A DNA stretch of 64,000 nucleotides from an uncultured Solirubrobacterales bacterium (GTDB lineage: Bacteria > Actinomycetota > Thermoleophilia > Solirubrobacterales > Solirubrobacteraceae): the NCBI GenBank assembly GCA_963799735.1, contig CAWCYP010000042.1, forward strand, positions 1,384 to 65,383. Reading direction: 5' to 3'. Of this stretch, positions 32,103 through 43,971 are shown piece after piece. The translations under genes were made by a program, and so were the position numbers. Below the pieces are notes generated by a model. The model was not told where the DNA came from and made no database searches. It was given only the letters and a program-made list of their open reading frames with translations. Within the stretch, counting starts at the first letter, position 1; each line of letters starts with the position of its first letter.

Positions 32103-33906
32103 CTACCGCCGCCGGCTCTGTGCTTCCAGCGCCATCGCCTGGGCGACCTGCTCGCGCAGCTGGATCAGCTCGCGCCGGCGAGAGAGTACGAGCAGTGCGA
32201 GGAGGGCGACGGCTCCGAGGCCCACAAAGCCGAGCGCGGCCTCGAGCTTGGCTGTCAGGCTCGTGGTGACGAGCTCTCGCGGGGGCAGGCTTACGCGTGG
32301 GGTCGAGGTCGCCGCGGTCGGCTGGGCGCCTTTGGGACGGGGGCTGATGACCGGCTGGCGTCTGCTCGGCCATCGCCAGCATCTCGCGCGGCCCGACGCT
32401 GTTGGTGAGCGTGTTTTCGATCCAGTACGCGGCGCTCCCTTCACGCCAGGCGATCGTCTTGATCTGTTCTCCGGCGTAGAACAGCTCGTAGGTGCGCGAG
32501 CCGATGTGAGCCGTCTGACTCGGGTGGCTCAGCAGGGGCGGGTCGGTCCAGCCGCTTCCCTGCACGTCGTAGTATTCGCCCAGGCCTCCGCGGTCGATGA
32601 CGATCGTGTAGATCGAGTGAAGGTGGCCTCGCCCGTCGTGGATGTCATAGACGTGCAGCATGTCCGGTTCGGCGCCCGCGAAGGTGTCGCGCGCGCGGGG
32701 ATACTCGAGCGCGAAGGGCAGCTGCGGCGCGGCCGAGCGCGCCTGCTCGAGCGCTTCCGCGGAGGTCGGCGTCAGGTATATCCCTGGAGCGCCGCGGTGA
32801 GCATGACGGCGCGGGCGAGCGGCGCTCACCGCCTGGTTCAGCTTCTGCGTGTGGATCGCGGCGGTGCCGTGCAGGAACGAATGCACCGCTTCGCTGATCT
32901 GTTCGGGTGTGGCGGTGTCGAGGCTTGGGCCCAGGTTGACATGGAACGGCACCTGGCGGACCGGGTCGCCGGCCGCTTCGACCAGGAGCTCGAGCAGCTG
33001 CAGCACCTGTTCTTCGCCGTGCAGGTCGGTTTCCATGGCCTTGCCGAGGATCCGCTCGAACTTTTCGCGGTTTTCAAACAGCGTCGGGCCGTACTCCGCC
33101 TTGGTTTCGAGCAGGAACCGCTGGTCGCGGGCGTCGCGGATCAGCGATGTGCTTTCGTGGCGGTTGGAGACGAATTCGAGCGCCTGCTTGCCGCACAGCC
33201 GCTGATAGCCCGGCTGGAGGTTGATTTCGGAGTACTGTTCGGCGCCGGGTTCGCTGTTGCTGTGGTAGTAGCGCTTGTCCACGGTCATGTAGACGCAGCC
33301 CATTTCATTGACCGCGTGGGCGAATTTCTTGAAGTTCGTGACGAACACGTGGTTGATGACGGTGATGCCGAGCACGCGCTTGATCGTTTCGACCATCAGC
33401 TTGACGCCGCCGGAGGTGCCGCCGCCATTCTCGAAGCCGTACGTGTAGGCGGAGTTGATGCGATTCGTGATCACTTCCCCGGTGGGCGCGGTGAACGTGA
33501 CCTGCAGCTCGCGCGGGATCGAGAGCATCGAGATCGTCGGCTTGCTCGGGTCGATCCGTACGAGCAGCATCTCGTTGGAGTGCGGCAGCACCGGTGCGGT
33601 CGTCGTGTGCCGGCGTTCGTCGTTGCCGATCAGCAGCAGCGTCTCCGGTTCGCCTTTGCTCGTGGGAGCGAGCACCTTCGGCGCGACCTTGACAGGCTTG
33701 CTCTGGTCGAGCGCTTCGACGACTTTGCTGACCTCGTTGCGGGCGATGGCGTAGGTCGCCCCGCCCGTGAGCAGGACGATCCCGACGGCCGCGAGCAGCA
33801 CGCGCTTGGCCATCCACCAGGCACGACGCGGTGGCTCGGGTGCCATCCAGCTCGGCGGAACACCACTGGGAGGGGGCAGCGGGGGTGGGCTCGTCGCGGT
33901 GCTCAA
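32103..33906 (-). CDS. LCP (LytR-CpsA-Psr) family protein
   Basis: LLIGNDER, LSIPREL, INSAY, RDARDQRFL. Confidence 0.88.
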
Positions 33907-34008
33907 AACGCTGGGGTGCCGGATGACATTATCGTGCGCGCCAGACTACCCCGCCGTGCTGACACTCTGCGCAGCACGCCCGAACCAGCCCGTGTCAGGC
34001 CGCCCGCT

Positions 34009-34782
34009 TCAGGCTGCTGTGACCTGCTGTGATCGCCCGCGCGCTCGGTAGCGCCGTTCCCACGCCTCCTGGTTGCGCTTGGCGTCGAGCACGAACGGCG
34101 AATAGGAGATCGCCTTGACGATCGCCCGGTTGATCTGCGACCAGGGGGAGGGGAGGGGGCGCAGCACATCCACGAACAGCACCACCCTCGTCTCGTCGGT
34201 GTCGTTCCAGACCTCGTGGTTGTACGTGTCGTCGAACACCAGGCTCTGGCCCTCCTGCCAATGGCGGATGTCCTCACCGACCCTGATCCGGCACGCCGGC
34301 GCGTCGCGGGGGACGATCAGCCCGAGGTGGTAGCGCAACACGCCCTTGTAGGGACCCCTGTGGTCGAGGATGTGCTTGTTGGGAGAGAGGATAGAGAACA
34401 TCGCCGTCGTCATTCCCGGGATCCGCTGCATCAATAGGGCTGTCTGAGGGCACATCTCCGTGCCGAGCTTCGCCTCGAACCCGTAGCCGTAGAGGAAGAA
34501 GGTCTTCCAGCGGTCGTCGTCGGTGATCTCGATCTGGTCCTTGGAGATGTCCTGGAAGTTGGCGAGGTCGTCGCGGTCCTCGAGCAGCCGCTCGGCCTCC
34601 TCGCGGATCGTCTGCCAGTTCGCCTCGATCTCGGCGATCCACGGGAAGCGGTCGTTGTCGAAGAACGTCGCGTCGCCCACGAGCGAGCGTCGCCCGATGA
34701 ACCGCTCGATCGGCGCCAGGATCCGTTCACCGGCGGCGATCGTCAGCTCGACCGTCCGCTCCCACAACGACTTCTGTGACAT
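34009..34782 (-). CDS. Aspartyl/asparaginyl beta-hydroxylase domain protein
   Basis: HRGPYKGVLRYHLGL, FDDTYNHEVWN, RVVLFVD. Confidence 0.9.
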   Translation of the reverse strand: MSQKSLWERTVELTIAAGERILAPIERFIGRRSLVGDATFFDNDRFPWIAEIEANWQTIREEAERLLEDRDDLANFQDISKDQIEITDDDRWKTFFLYGYGFEAKLGTEMCPQTALLMQRIPGMTTAMFSILSPNKHILDHRGPYKGVLRYHLGLIVPRDAPACRIRVGEDIRHWQEGQSLVFDDTYNHEVWNDTDETRVVLFVDVLRPLPSPWSQINRAIVKAISYSPFVLDAKRNQEAWERRYRARGRSQQVTAA

Positions 34783-34788
34783 CCGCGC

Positions 34789-35688
34789 TTAGGCAGCCTC
34801 TCGTAGCGCAGCCATCTCGGGCGACTCCGCCAGCTTCTTCAGCGCGCGCTGCTCCAGCTGCGAGGCCCGCTCGGCGGAGAAGCCGAGGCGCTTGCCGATC
34901 GCGGTCAGCGTCTGGGGCTCCTCGCGGCCGGTGCCGAAGCGCAGGGTCAGCACGGTGCGCTCGGTTTCGGGCAGCTGGGCGATCGCCTCGTGCACGATCC
35001 GCTCGCGCTCGTTGTCCCAGGCGGTCTCTTCCGGCACCTCGGCGTCGGCGGGCAGCAAATCTCCAAGCGCGGTGTCGCCGTCCTCGCCGACCTGCTGGTC
35101 GAGGCTGACCAGGGCGGCGCGCTGGTGGCGCACCTCCTCGACCTGCTCGATCTCCAGGCCCGTCTCGGCCGCGATCTCCTCGACGGTGGGCTCGCGCCCG
35201 AGCCTGACCGACAGCTCGCGCTCGACCCGCCCGACCTTGCGCGAACGCTGGGCGACGTGGACGGGCAGGCGGATCGTGCGCCCGGAGTTCTCCAGGCCGC
35301 GCTGAATCGCCTGCCTGATCCACAGCGTGGCGTATGTGGAGAAGCGGAAGCCCTTGCGCCAGTCGAACTTCTCGGCGGCCCTGATCAGCCCCAGCATGCC
35401 CTCCTGCACGAGGTCGGCCAGGGGCAGCCCCTGGTTCTGGTAGCGCCGCGCGTTGGAGGCGACCAGGCGCAGGTTCGAGTTGACGAGCAGTTCCTTGGCC
35501 TGCAGGTCGCCGCGCTCGATCTTCTGCGCCAGTTCGATCTCCTGTGCGGGTGTGAGCAGGGGGTAGCGGCGCGAGTGCGCCAGCAGCTGGTCGACGGACT
35601 CGGGTATGAACGCGTCCAGCGCGCCGTTGGCCGCGCTGTCAGCCGGTTTTGTTGTGGTTCTCGGGGTTTTGCGGGGTGTGTCTGCCAT
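34789..35688 (-). CDS. RNA polymerase sigma-70 factor, RpoD-like (short, group 2 type)
   Basis: SNLRLV, DLVQEGMLGLIRAAEKFD, FSTYATLWIRQAI, RTIRLPVH; lacks region 1.1. Confidence 0.92.
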   Translation of the reverse strand: MADTPRKTPRTTTKPADSAANGALDAFIPESVDQLLAHSRRYPLLTPAQEIELAQKIERGDLQAKELLVNSNLRLVASNARRYQNQGLPLADLVQEGMLGLIRAAEKFDWRKGFRFSTYATLWIRQAIQRGLENSGRTIRLPVHVAQRSRKVGRVERELSVRLGREPTVEEIAAETGLEIEQVEEVRHQRAALVSLDQQVGEDGDTALGDLLPADAEVPEETAWDNERERIVHEAIAQLPETERTVLTLRFGTGREEPQTLTAIGKRLGFSAERASQLEQRALKKLAESPEMAALREAA

Positions 35689-36005
35689 GTCTGGTCCTTC
35701 TAATCCGATGCTTGCAGTCGGAATTATACGCCGCGATAGTTGCGTTGTCAACCATCCTGGGTGGACAGTCGATCTGGGTCTCGTTCGACAAGATGTACGC
35801 GGCTCCCTGCCGTTTGGTGCACTTTTCAGCACTCTTTCTGTCGGCTTTCCTTCCTCACGATCGATCTTTCCTTGTTGTTCCTGGACGTACTCGCACGACC
35901 TGCACGCGCGCGTGCACGAGGTCCCGGACCATATGGAACCCGCGAGGCCCGCTTAAGTCTCTGTACCCGGCTTTGCTCATGTCCTATCGCCGCTATGCTC
36001 GATCG

Positions 36006-36755
36006 ATGGCCTCCGTGGACCTCTCCGGCCAGGTCGTCGCCGTCACCGGCGCCTCCTCGGGCATCGGCGAGGCAACCGCATTGGCGTGCGCCCGAGCGGG
36101 TGCGGCCGTGGCGCTCGCCGCCCGGCGCGCAGATCGCATTGAGGCGCTGGCAGAGCGTATCACCGCCTGCGGCGGCCGCGCGGTCGCGATCGCCACGGAC
36201 GTGGGGGAGGAGGACCAGGCCGGCGAGTTCGTGCGGCGCGCCCACTCCGAGCTCGGGCGCCTGGATGTGCTCGTCAACAACGCCGGCGTGATGCTGCTCG
36301 GCCCGATCGAGAACGCGCCCACCGAGGAGTGGCGGCGCATGATCCACGCGAACGTGTTCGGCGTGTTGTACTGCACGCACGCGGCGCTGGGGCTGATGCG
36401 CGAGCAGGGCTCGGGGCACATCGTCAACGTCAGCTCCGTCGCCGGCCGCGTCGCCCGCCAGGGCTCGGGCGTCTACAACCTGACGAAGTGGGGCGTGGGC
36501 GCGTTCTCGGAGTCCCTGCGCCAGGAGGCCGTGGGGCTCGGCGTGCGCGTGACCCTGATCGAGCCGGGCGCCGTCGCCACCGAGCTCCCCGGCCACAACC
36601 GCCCCGAGGTGCTCGAGCAGATGGCCAAGCGCTTTGCGGGCGTCACGCCCCTCGCATCCGAGGACATCGCCGACGCGATCCTCTACGCGATCGGCCAGCC
36701 GCCGAACGTGAGCGTCAACGAGCTGCTGATCCGCCCCAGCGGGCAGGCGGGCTGA
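36006..36755 (+). CDS. SDR oxidoreductase
   Basis: TGASSGIG, NNAG, YNLTK. Confidence 0.93.
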   Translation: MASVDLSGQVVAVTGASSGIGEATALACARAGAAVALAARRADRIEALAERITACGGRAVAIATDVGEEDQAGEFVRRAHSELGRLDVLVNNAGVMLLGPIENAPTEEWRRMIHANVFGVLYCTHAALGLMREQGSGHIVNVSSVAGRVARQGSGVYNLTKWGVGAFSESLRQEAVGLGVRVTLIEPGAVATELPGHNRPEVLEQMAKRFAGVTPLASEDIADAILYAIGQPPNVSVNELLIRPSGQAG

Positions 36756-36803
36756 GAAGCGGCTGGGAGGGTCGGTCTGTCTATCGAACGGGCGTCGGTT
36801 CGG

Positions 36804-37329
36804 CTAGTGCACCGGCCAGTCGATGCGCTCGGCCAGATCGCTGACAGTTAGCTCGATCAGCCCGCTGCGCTCGATGGGGCGGTACTCGCCGTCTCCCAGC
36901 GCAAGCCAGTCGAGCGAGCGCTTGGCGGGGTCGAACGATCAGTACCTCATCGACGTCGTGGACGGCATAGAAAGGCAGCTTCTCCCAGCTCTCGTCGCCT
37001 GGCGAGACGATCTCGATGACCAGGGCGGCGGTTGGGTGCCACGTGCCGGAGGCGCCGGGCCGGTGCAGGGCGCTGTCGGGGACGCGGAAGTCGTGTTCTG
37101 ACTCGCCGAGGTTGGACTGGCCGATCATGCGAAGGCCCGCCTGCTGGGCAGGGGGTCCGATGATTCTGTGGAGCTGGCTTTCGATGTCACCATGCCCATC
37201 GCTCGGTGCGGGGACCATGTGCAGGACACCCTCCCACACCTCGTCGAGGCGATCAAGACCCGAGCGGCGCCGGCGCTCGAGCAGCTCATCGAGCCCCGCC
37301 GTGGGAGGGTCCAGAACCACCGTACGCAT
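36804..37329 (-). CDS. Uma2-family putative endonuclease (frameshift near 3' end)
   Basis: DEVWEGVLHM, FRVPD, IEIVSPGD, KLPFY. Confidence 0.85.
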
Positions 37330-37426
37330 GGGCGAAGCGTAGCGCGCAGCGACCTCCGCAGGCCGCCACGAATGCCTCCAAGTCCGCGAATCCACAGTGC
37401 GGCGGCGCACCTGTCGGGCGCATGTG

Positions 37427-37440
37427 CGAACATGTGTTCG
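37427..37440. promoter_or_regulatory. LexA (SOS) box
   Basis: CGAAC-ATGT-GTTCG, the Gram-positive/actinobacterial consensus, abutting the GTG of the radical SAM gene. Confidence 0.85.
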
Positions 37441-38470
37441 TGCGCTGGTCGAACCTGACGCTGGGCGAGGAGGAGCAGCGCCGGCTGCCGGGGTACCGCG
37501 ACGAGGCGGTCGTACGCCGGTTCGACGCGCCCGAGGCGCTCGAGACCCGTTTCTACGAGGTTCGCGCCCGCTCGGTGCTCAATCGCGTGCCCGGCGCCTC
37601 GCGGATGCCGTTCCGCTGGACGATTAATCCGTACCGGGGCTGCAGCGCATGCTTGTCCGCTACTGCTTTGCCCGCCCATCGCACACATATCTCGGCTTCG
37701 ACGCCGGTCGCGACTTCGAGCGCGAGATCGTCGTCAAGGTCAACGCACCGGAGGTGCTGCGGGCCGAGCTGGTGCGGCCGTCGTGGAAGGGCGAGCACGT
37801 CGCGCTGGGGACGAACACCGATCCATACCAGTGGGTGGAGGGACGCTACCGGCTGATGGTGGGCATCTGGGAGGCGCTGCGCGACGCCGCGGAGGGGGGC
37901 AATCCCTGCTCGGTGCTGACGAAGTCGCCGCTGTTGCTGCGCGACCTCCCACTGATGCTGCAGATCGCCCAGCGCACGCACTTCAGCGCTTGCCTGTCGA
38001 TCCCGACGCTCGACGAGAAGGCCTGGCGTGCCACCGAGCCGCACACCCCGAACCCGCGGGCGCGCCTGGAGGCGGTCGCCGAGCTCAACCGCGCGGGCAT
38101 TCCCACGGGCGTGTTGATCGCGCCGCTGATGCCGGGGATCAACGACGCGCCGCACCAGATCGAGCCGCTGCTCGAGCAGGCCATCCAGGCCGGCGCGACG
38201 AGCATCGGCGGGGCCACGCTGCACCTGCGCGGGGAGGTGCGCGACGTGTTCATGGGCTGGCTGCGGATCCAGCGCCCAGACCTCCTCGAGCGCTACGAGC
38301 GGCTGTACAGTCGCGGCGCCTATGCGCCGCGCGAGGAACGCGAGCGCCTGGCGGGGCTCATGCGCTGTGGGAGGCATTCGACGCCCGGAGGGTTCAGGCG
38401 CGTGCCGGCGCCCATTCCACCGACCGCCCCGAAAACGCCGGACCCGCCGGCGCAGGAAGCCCTGTTCTGA
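37440..38470 (+). CDS. Rv2578c-family (SPL-like) radical SAM protein (frameshifted)
   Basis: WTINPYRGC...YCFAR, GTNTDPYQ, LTKS, PLMPGIND. Confidence 0.9.
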
Positions 38471-38622
38471 GCACGTCTCGCACGGGGAAGGTTCTCGGGC
38501 AGACGGCGTCTGAGGGCATGAAGCGGGACGCGCTCGCGGGAACCCGGGATCGTGTCCGGCGTGCGATGATCCTGGCAGAGTGCCGTGGCGGGCCTAGACA
38601 GCGACGACAGGGAGGACGGACG

Positions 38623-39140
38623 ATGATGAGCGCAACATCTACTGACAAGACCACCGGCGGGAGGCTCTCCGCCGATCGGTCGCGCTGAGCGTCGCGCTGG
38701 TCGCGCTGCTGGCTGTTGCCGGCTGTGGCGGCAGCTCGTCGAGCAGCGGTTCGTCATCGACCTCGACACCGACGCCCGGTACCACCCCGGCCACCTCTCC
38801 TCCTCTTCTTCTCCCTCTTCGTACTCACCACCGGGTGCCGGCCACGGCCAAGGGAGAAGCGCTGAGCCTGGAAGCCAACCACGAAGGCGAACTGAAATAC
38901 AACAAGACCTCGTTGACGGCCAAAGCCGGGAACGTTTCGATCGACTTCACGAACATGGCCCCGCTCAGTCACAACGTCACGGTCGAATCCTCCTCCGGCG
39001 CCATCGTCGGCGCGACACCGACGTTCCAGGGCGGGACCAAGACGCTGTCGCTGAACCTCAAACCCGGCACGTATAAGTTCTTCTGCTCCGTTCCCGGCCA
39101 CCGCATGGCCGGCATGGAAGGAACATTGACCGTGAAGTAG
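38623..39140 (+). CDS. Cupredoxin/plastocyanin-like lipoprotein (frameshifted)
   Basis: Lipobox VAGC; HNV...YKFFCSVPGHRMAGM. Confidence 0.85.
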
Positions 39141-39188
39141 GAGCGACGCACGGCCCGCGAGGGCCCGCATCGTCGTATTAATGCAGGG

Positions 39189-40964
39189 ATGGCCACCGGC
39201 GCGAGCATCCGAGCGGGCACGAACGGCGGCCCGCCCGCCTCGGATCGCTACAAGTGGGTCGCACTGTCCAACGTGACGCTGGGGGTGCTGCTGGCGACGC
39301 TCGACGGGTCGATCATCCTGATCGCGATGCCCGACATCTTCCGGGGCATCCATCTGGACCCGCTGGAGCCGGCCAACAGCTTCTACCTGCTGTGGATGAT
39401 CCTCGGGTTCCTGGTCGTGACGAGCGTGCTGATCGTGAGCCTGGGGCGCCTGGGGGACATGTACGGGCGGGTGCGCATGTACAACCTCGGGTTCGTCATC
39501 TACACGCTCGCGTCGCTGGTGCTGACCGTGGATTGGATGACCGGGCGCGCCGGGGCCACGTACCTGATCGTGTTCCGGATCGTGCAGGGTGTGGGGGCAG
39601 CGTTCCTGCTGGCCAACTCGGCGGCGATCATCACCGACGCGTTCCCCGAGAACCAGCGGGGCATGGCGCTCGGGCATCAACAACATCGTCGGCGTGAGCG
39701 GGATGTTCGTCGGGCTCGTCCTCGGCGGATTGCTGGCGCCGATCGACTGGCGGCTGGTGTTTTTGATCTCGGTGCCGGTGGGGCTGTTCGGCACCGTGTG
39801 GGCATACCTGAAGCTGCAGGAGCGCTCAACGCCCAAACGCGCGCGCGTGGACTGGGGCGGCAACGTCACGTTCGCGCTCGGGCTGGTCCTGATCATGGTG
39901 GCGGTCACCTACGGCATCCGCCCCTACGGCGGCCACGCCACGGGCTGGACCAGCCCAAGGGTGCTCGGGCTGCTGAGCGCGGGCGTCGCGTGCCTGGCGG
40001 CGTTCGCGGCGATCGAGCAGCGGGTCGCCGAGCCGATGTTTCGCCTGCCGCTGTTTCGCATCCGCGCGTTCACGTTCGGGACGCTCTCGACGTTCCTCTC
40101 GGCGGTGTGCGCGCGGCGGCCTGATGTTCATGCTGATCATCTGGCTGCAGGGCATCTGGCTGCCTCTGCACGGCGTCAACTTCGCCGATACGCCGCTGCG
40201 GGCGGGCATCTACATGCTGCCGCTGACACTCGGCATGATGGTCGCCGGCCCCACCTCCGGGTACCTGTCAGACCGCTTCGGGGCGCGCTGGTTCGCGACG
40301 GGAGGGATGCTCGGCTCCGCGTTGAGCTTCTTCCTGCTGGGCCTGCTGCCGATCGACTTCCCGTTCCCCGCATTCGCGGGCGTGCTGCTGATGATGGGCA
40401 TCTCGATGGGCATGTTCGCCTCGCCGAACCGGGCAGCCGTGATGAACAGCCTGCCGCCCCAGCACCGGGGAGCGGGGGGCGGGATGAACCAGACGTTCCA
40501 GAACTCCGCCCAGGTCCTGTCGGTCGGGATCTTCTTCACGTTGATGATCCTCGGCCTATCCTCGACGCTGCCCGCCACGATGCTTGCCGGCCTGCGTGCT
40601 CACGGTGTCTCCTTCGCCATTGCGCCACACCGCCGCGCACCTGCCGCCCGTGTCTGTGCTGTTCGCGGCGTTTCTCGGCTACAACCCGGTCGAGCATCTC
40701 CTCGGCCCACACGCGCTCGCCTCGCTCCCGGCCGCCGGCCGGGCGACGCTGGCCGGGCGCTCGTTCTTCCCGCAGCTGATCTCCGAGCCGTTTCGCACGG
40801 GTCTGCACGAGGCGTTCGCGTTCGCGATCCTCGCCTGCCTGATCGCCGCGGGCGCGTCCCTGATGCGCGGCGGGCAGTATCACTACGCCGCGCCGGCCAC
40901 CCTCGGGACCGCCGACGCCGACGGGCAGTCCAGCGGCCTGATAGAAAATCTGGAGCGCGTATAA
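39189..40964 (+). CDS. MFS transporter, DHA2-like (frameshifted)
   Basis: GRLGDMYGR, FRIVQGVG, SDRFG. Confidence 0.9.
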
Positions 40965-41016
40965 CTATGGGTAGACACAAGACGGACCTGAATAGAGACG
41001 AGAAAGAGGATCAGAG

Positions 41017-41530
41017 ATGAAGATCGGACGATTGCTGCTGCGGCTGACGGTGGGTGGGTTCTTCTTCGGGCACGGGACGCAGAAGCTGTTCGGCTGGTTC
41101 GGCGGCAACGGCCTCGACGCGACCGCCCGGCTTCGAGCACATCGGCCTGCGTCCCGGCCGGCGCAACGCAATCGCCGCCGGCGCGGCCGAGGCCGGGGGA
41201 GGGGCGCTGCTCGCGACGGGAATCGCGACGCCGCTGGCCGCCTCGGTTCTGACCGCCACGATGCTGACCGCGATCAAGACCGTGCACGCCAAGAACGGCC
41301 CCTGGGCGACCAACGGCGGCTATGAGTACAACGTGGTGCTGATCGCGGCGGTGCTGGCGCTCGCCGAAATAGGCCGTGAGCGCCCCGGCAGAGTGGCGGC
41401 CGGCGCGCTGCTCACTGGTGCACTCGGCGCGCTCGGGGCGCATTTGGCCAATGCCTCGCAGCCCGCACCGCCGGTCCCCGAGGCGGCGGGGGATCCCAAT
41501 GGGACCGAGCCGGTAGCCCAGGACGAGTAG
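41017..41530 (+). CDS. DoxX family protein (frameshifted)
   Basis: HGTQKLFGWFGG, GGYEY. Confidence 0.88.
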
Positions 41531-41951
41531 GCCAGGTAGCTTCGCGCCCATTGCAGTGTTCAGTCGGCCGTGGGCCAACCCCACAACTCGTACACGACCG
41601 GTGCGGCGAGGGACGCGTCGGCAATGCTCGCGACTGACGCCGGCACCCATCCACTCAAGGGCGCAGCGGCTGCCCAATACTCCGCAGTGGGTGATGACGT
41701 ACCACTGGAGCCGCAGGCCGATGTCGCATGAGGCCCAGATGCGAAGCGAAGGCCTCACGCACAGCCTGCCCGTAAGCGACCTTGGACTTTTCTCCGGCGA
41801 TGTCGTTGGGCGCAGCGGCATCACGTAGCCCGCAAAGAGCGTCAAGATCAGCGATCTGCCGTGGTGGCGCTTCCACTGTTTCTTCGCCCAGCGCAATTCG
41901 GCGCCGGTCCGGTACTGCTCCGGTCCCGGGCGTGCCATCACCAGCCCCTTC

Positions 41952-42412
41952 CTAGTCGGAGCTCGGGAAGACCATCTTCAGGCGCAGTCGCTCGGCCAGC
42001 AGGTCGGCGCAAACCTCGTCGGGGAGCTTGACGACCCGCCTTTCGACCCCCCAAGCGTCAAGGGCCTCTGCGAGCCACCCGACCACGCCGTCTGCGGCCT
42101 CCCGATCGCAGAACGCGATGATGAGCTTGCTCGCGGGCCGGCTTCGCCCCAGCGTGATGAGCTTCAACGCGTCGCCCATGATCTTGCGGCGCTGACCTCC
42201 CTTCGTCCCCCCTGGTGGGCGAATATCTCCACGAGAACAGACTCGTCCGGCCCGACGCCGTCCACGTCCACATGGGCACCGCCATCTAGCGACAACCGCT
42301 GTGGCGTCAAGTCAACGTCTAGCTCCTTGGACAGCCGTTGGCGGATCAGTTTCTCGGCTTTTTCGTGCGCGATAGCTCTGCCCAGATGCATGGGGTTATC
42401 TGGGGCGCTCAT
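41952..42412 (-). CDS. Hypothetical PD-(D/E)XK-like protein, copy A (frameshift near 42205)
   Basis: VDVDGVGPDESVLVEIFAHQG...K..GDALKL; paralogue at 58434-58898. Confidence 0.75.
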
Positions 42413-42531
42413 CGCCACAGCCTCCTTGGTATGTCGTGTTTCGGCGTCATGAGCATCCGTCCTATGCGACTTCGTCAAGTTCGCTGCCTAGGTTGCGATC
42501 CGAATAGATGGTGGGTCTAATCAGCCGAGGC

Positions 42532-42972
42532 TTAGTTAGCGCAAGCGACGCCGGCTTCTTCCCCTATTCGGTGAGTTTCGCTCGACATCGGGGAAGCGTA
42601 CGCTTGAGCGGGGGTCACGCGCGCAGCGTCGTACAGAGAGATGCAAATGGACTGTTCTTTGCTTCCACCCTCTTGGTCGCCATCCTTCTCCATGAGTTCT
42701 AACTGTCCGAGACTCCAGCCGTTGTGTTCCGCCAGTATCATCTCTTCGGCTTGAACGGTATCGCTGCGAGCACTGGCCGTCGTTTCAGTTGGCGTGGTTG
42801 TTGCTGCGGGTGTCGCCTTGCTGGCGACGATCTTTGCGGATTCTCCGCCCTTCGGCTCAGATGGCTTTGTCGCCGTCGAGCCGCAGCCGGCGACTGCGAT
42901 AGCGAGGCTGAGTACGGCGAGGGTAGTGATCGATAGGCGCTTCATTGCCTTCGCTCCGTGTTTGGGCCTCAT
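42532..42972 (-). CDS. Hypothetical lipoprotein
   Basis: MKRLSITTLAVLSLAIAVAGC lipobox; Thr-rich linker. Confidence 0.7.
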   Translation of the reverse strand: MRPKHGAKAMKRLSITTLAVLSLAIAVAGCGSTATKPSEPKGGESAKIVASKATPAATTTPTETTASARSDTVQAEEMILAEHNGWSLGQLELMEKDGDQEGGSKEQSICISLYDAARVTPAQAYASPMSSETHRIGEEAGVACAN

Positions 42973-42974
42973 GG

Positions 42975-43015
42975 GAGCGGTATCGGCCATCGCGGGCAGG
43001 TTCTCGAGGGCTCTG
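42975..43015 (-). promoter_or_regulatory. Sigma28/WhiG-type promoter candidate (shared with 58327-58367)
   Basis: TCGAG-N15-GCCGATAC. Confidence 0.5.
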
Positions 43016-43087
43016 AATGGCTCCGTGAGCCCCAACCCCACCTGGGACCTGGACGATGCCCGCGACGTTGATGCCCACCGCTGGCAC

Positions 43088-43480
43088 GTACCCGTTCAGG
43101 GGGTCGCAGGCTCGTTTGGGCGCAGTGACTGGGGCTCAGGGTCCGGCTGGGAGGATTGATGGCAGCGGCTGGCCTGAGCGGGCGGCGGTCGCGGCGTGGA
43201 TGAGGTAGTCGAGTACAGGTCGGTCTTGCAGGCGCAGTGTCTCGCGGACTGAGAGGATTCGCTCGACCCAGCGGTTGTCTTGTTCCGATTGGGTGCCGCT
43301 GGACGCGGCGCATGATCACTGCGTGCCTGAGCGCTCGCTCGGCCGCGTTGTTATCCATGGGTATCTCGAGGTCTTTCACGTCGCAGAAGGTCCACAACGC
43401 GTCGTATTCACCGAGTAGTCCTTGACAGAAATTGGCTGTCCGCGTGTGACGGCCTGAAGCGCCTTGCTCAAGTAGCCGAT
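43088..43480 (-). mobile_element. IS66-family remnant: transposase C-terminus and right end
   Basis: LWTF...DNNAAERALRHAVIMRR...WVERILSVRETLRLQ; terminal GTACCCGTTCAGGGG at 43088. Confidence 0.85.
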
Positions 43481-43620
43481 GTCCTCGATGTCTACATCGA
43501 TCTGCGCATCAAGCCACAGCCCCGCAACGGAAAGCGCCATGCCGCCATCGAGGTCCATGAGGCCGCCGGCTCGGCGATCCATGTGCAGTTAGGGCAGTTA
43601 TGTGCTATGGTGGTCGGGCT

Positions 43621-43971
43621 ATGCCGAAGACTCTTCATTTCGACGCGACTACGCAGCGGGACGACATTCTCGATGGGGTCAAGCGTGCGCTCGAGGAGAT
43701 CGATCTCGAGGATGGCCCCGTGTCGGTGTCGATCGTGGGGGAGTCGGAGACGATGTCGCCCCAGCAGGCCGCGGACTTCCTGGGCATTTCGCGCCAGCAC
43801 ATGACGCGGCTGCTCGACGCGGGCATGTTGCCGTTCATGCGTAAGCCGGGTTCGACCCACAGGGTGATTCCCTCGCGCGCCGTTGTTGAGCTTGCCGGTA
43901 GCCGCAAGGCGGCAAAGCGGCGGTTGGATGACTTCGCGGCGAGCATGAACGACGCCGGCGTCTTTGAGTAG
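43621..43971 (+). CDS. Excisionase-type HTH antitoxin
   Basis: MSPQQAADFLGISRQHMTRLLDAG...HRVI; stop overlaps the PIN start. Confidence 0.85.
   Translation: MPKTLHFDATTQRDDILDGVKRALEEIDLEDGPVSVSIVGESETMSPQQAADFLGISRQHMTRLLDAGMLPFMRKPGSTHRVIPSRAVVELAGSRKAAKRRLDDFAASMNDAGVFE

Noticed and set aside
523-41530. Frameshifts in many genes (rseP, ispG, sodA, proS, nadE, dinB) read as pseudogenes or programmed frameshifts
   Set aside because: They hit essential genes at similar density throughout, which fits uncorrected long-read indels better.
43098-43114. GGGGGTCGCAGGCT as a fifth copy of the R repeat
   Set aside because: The match is short and is explained as part of the IS66 right end.
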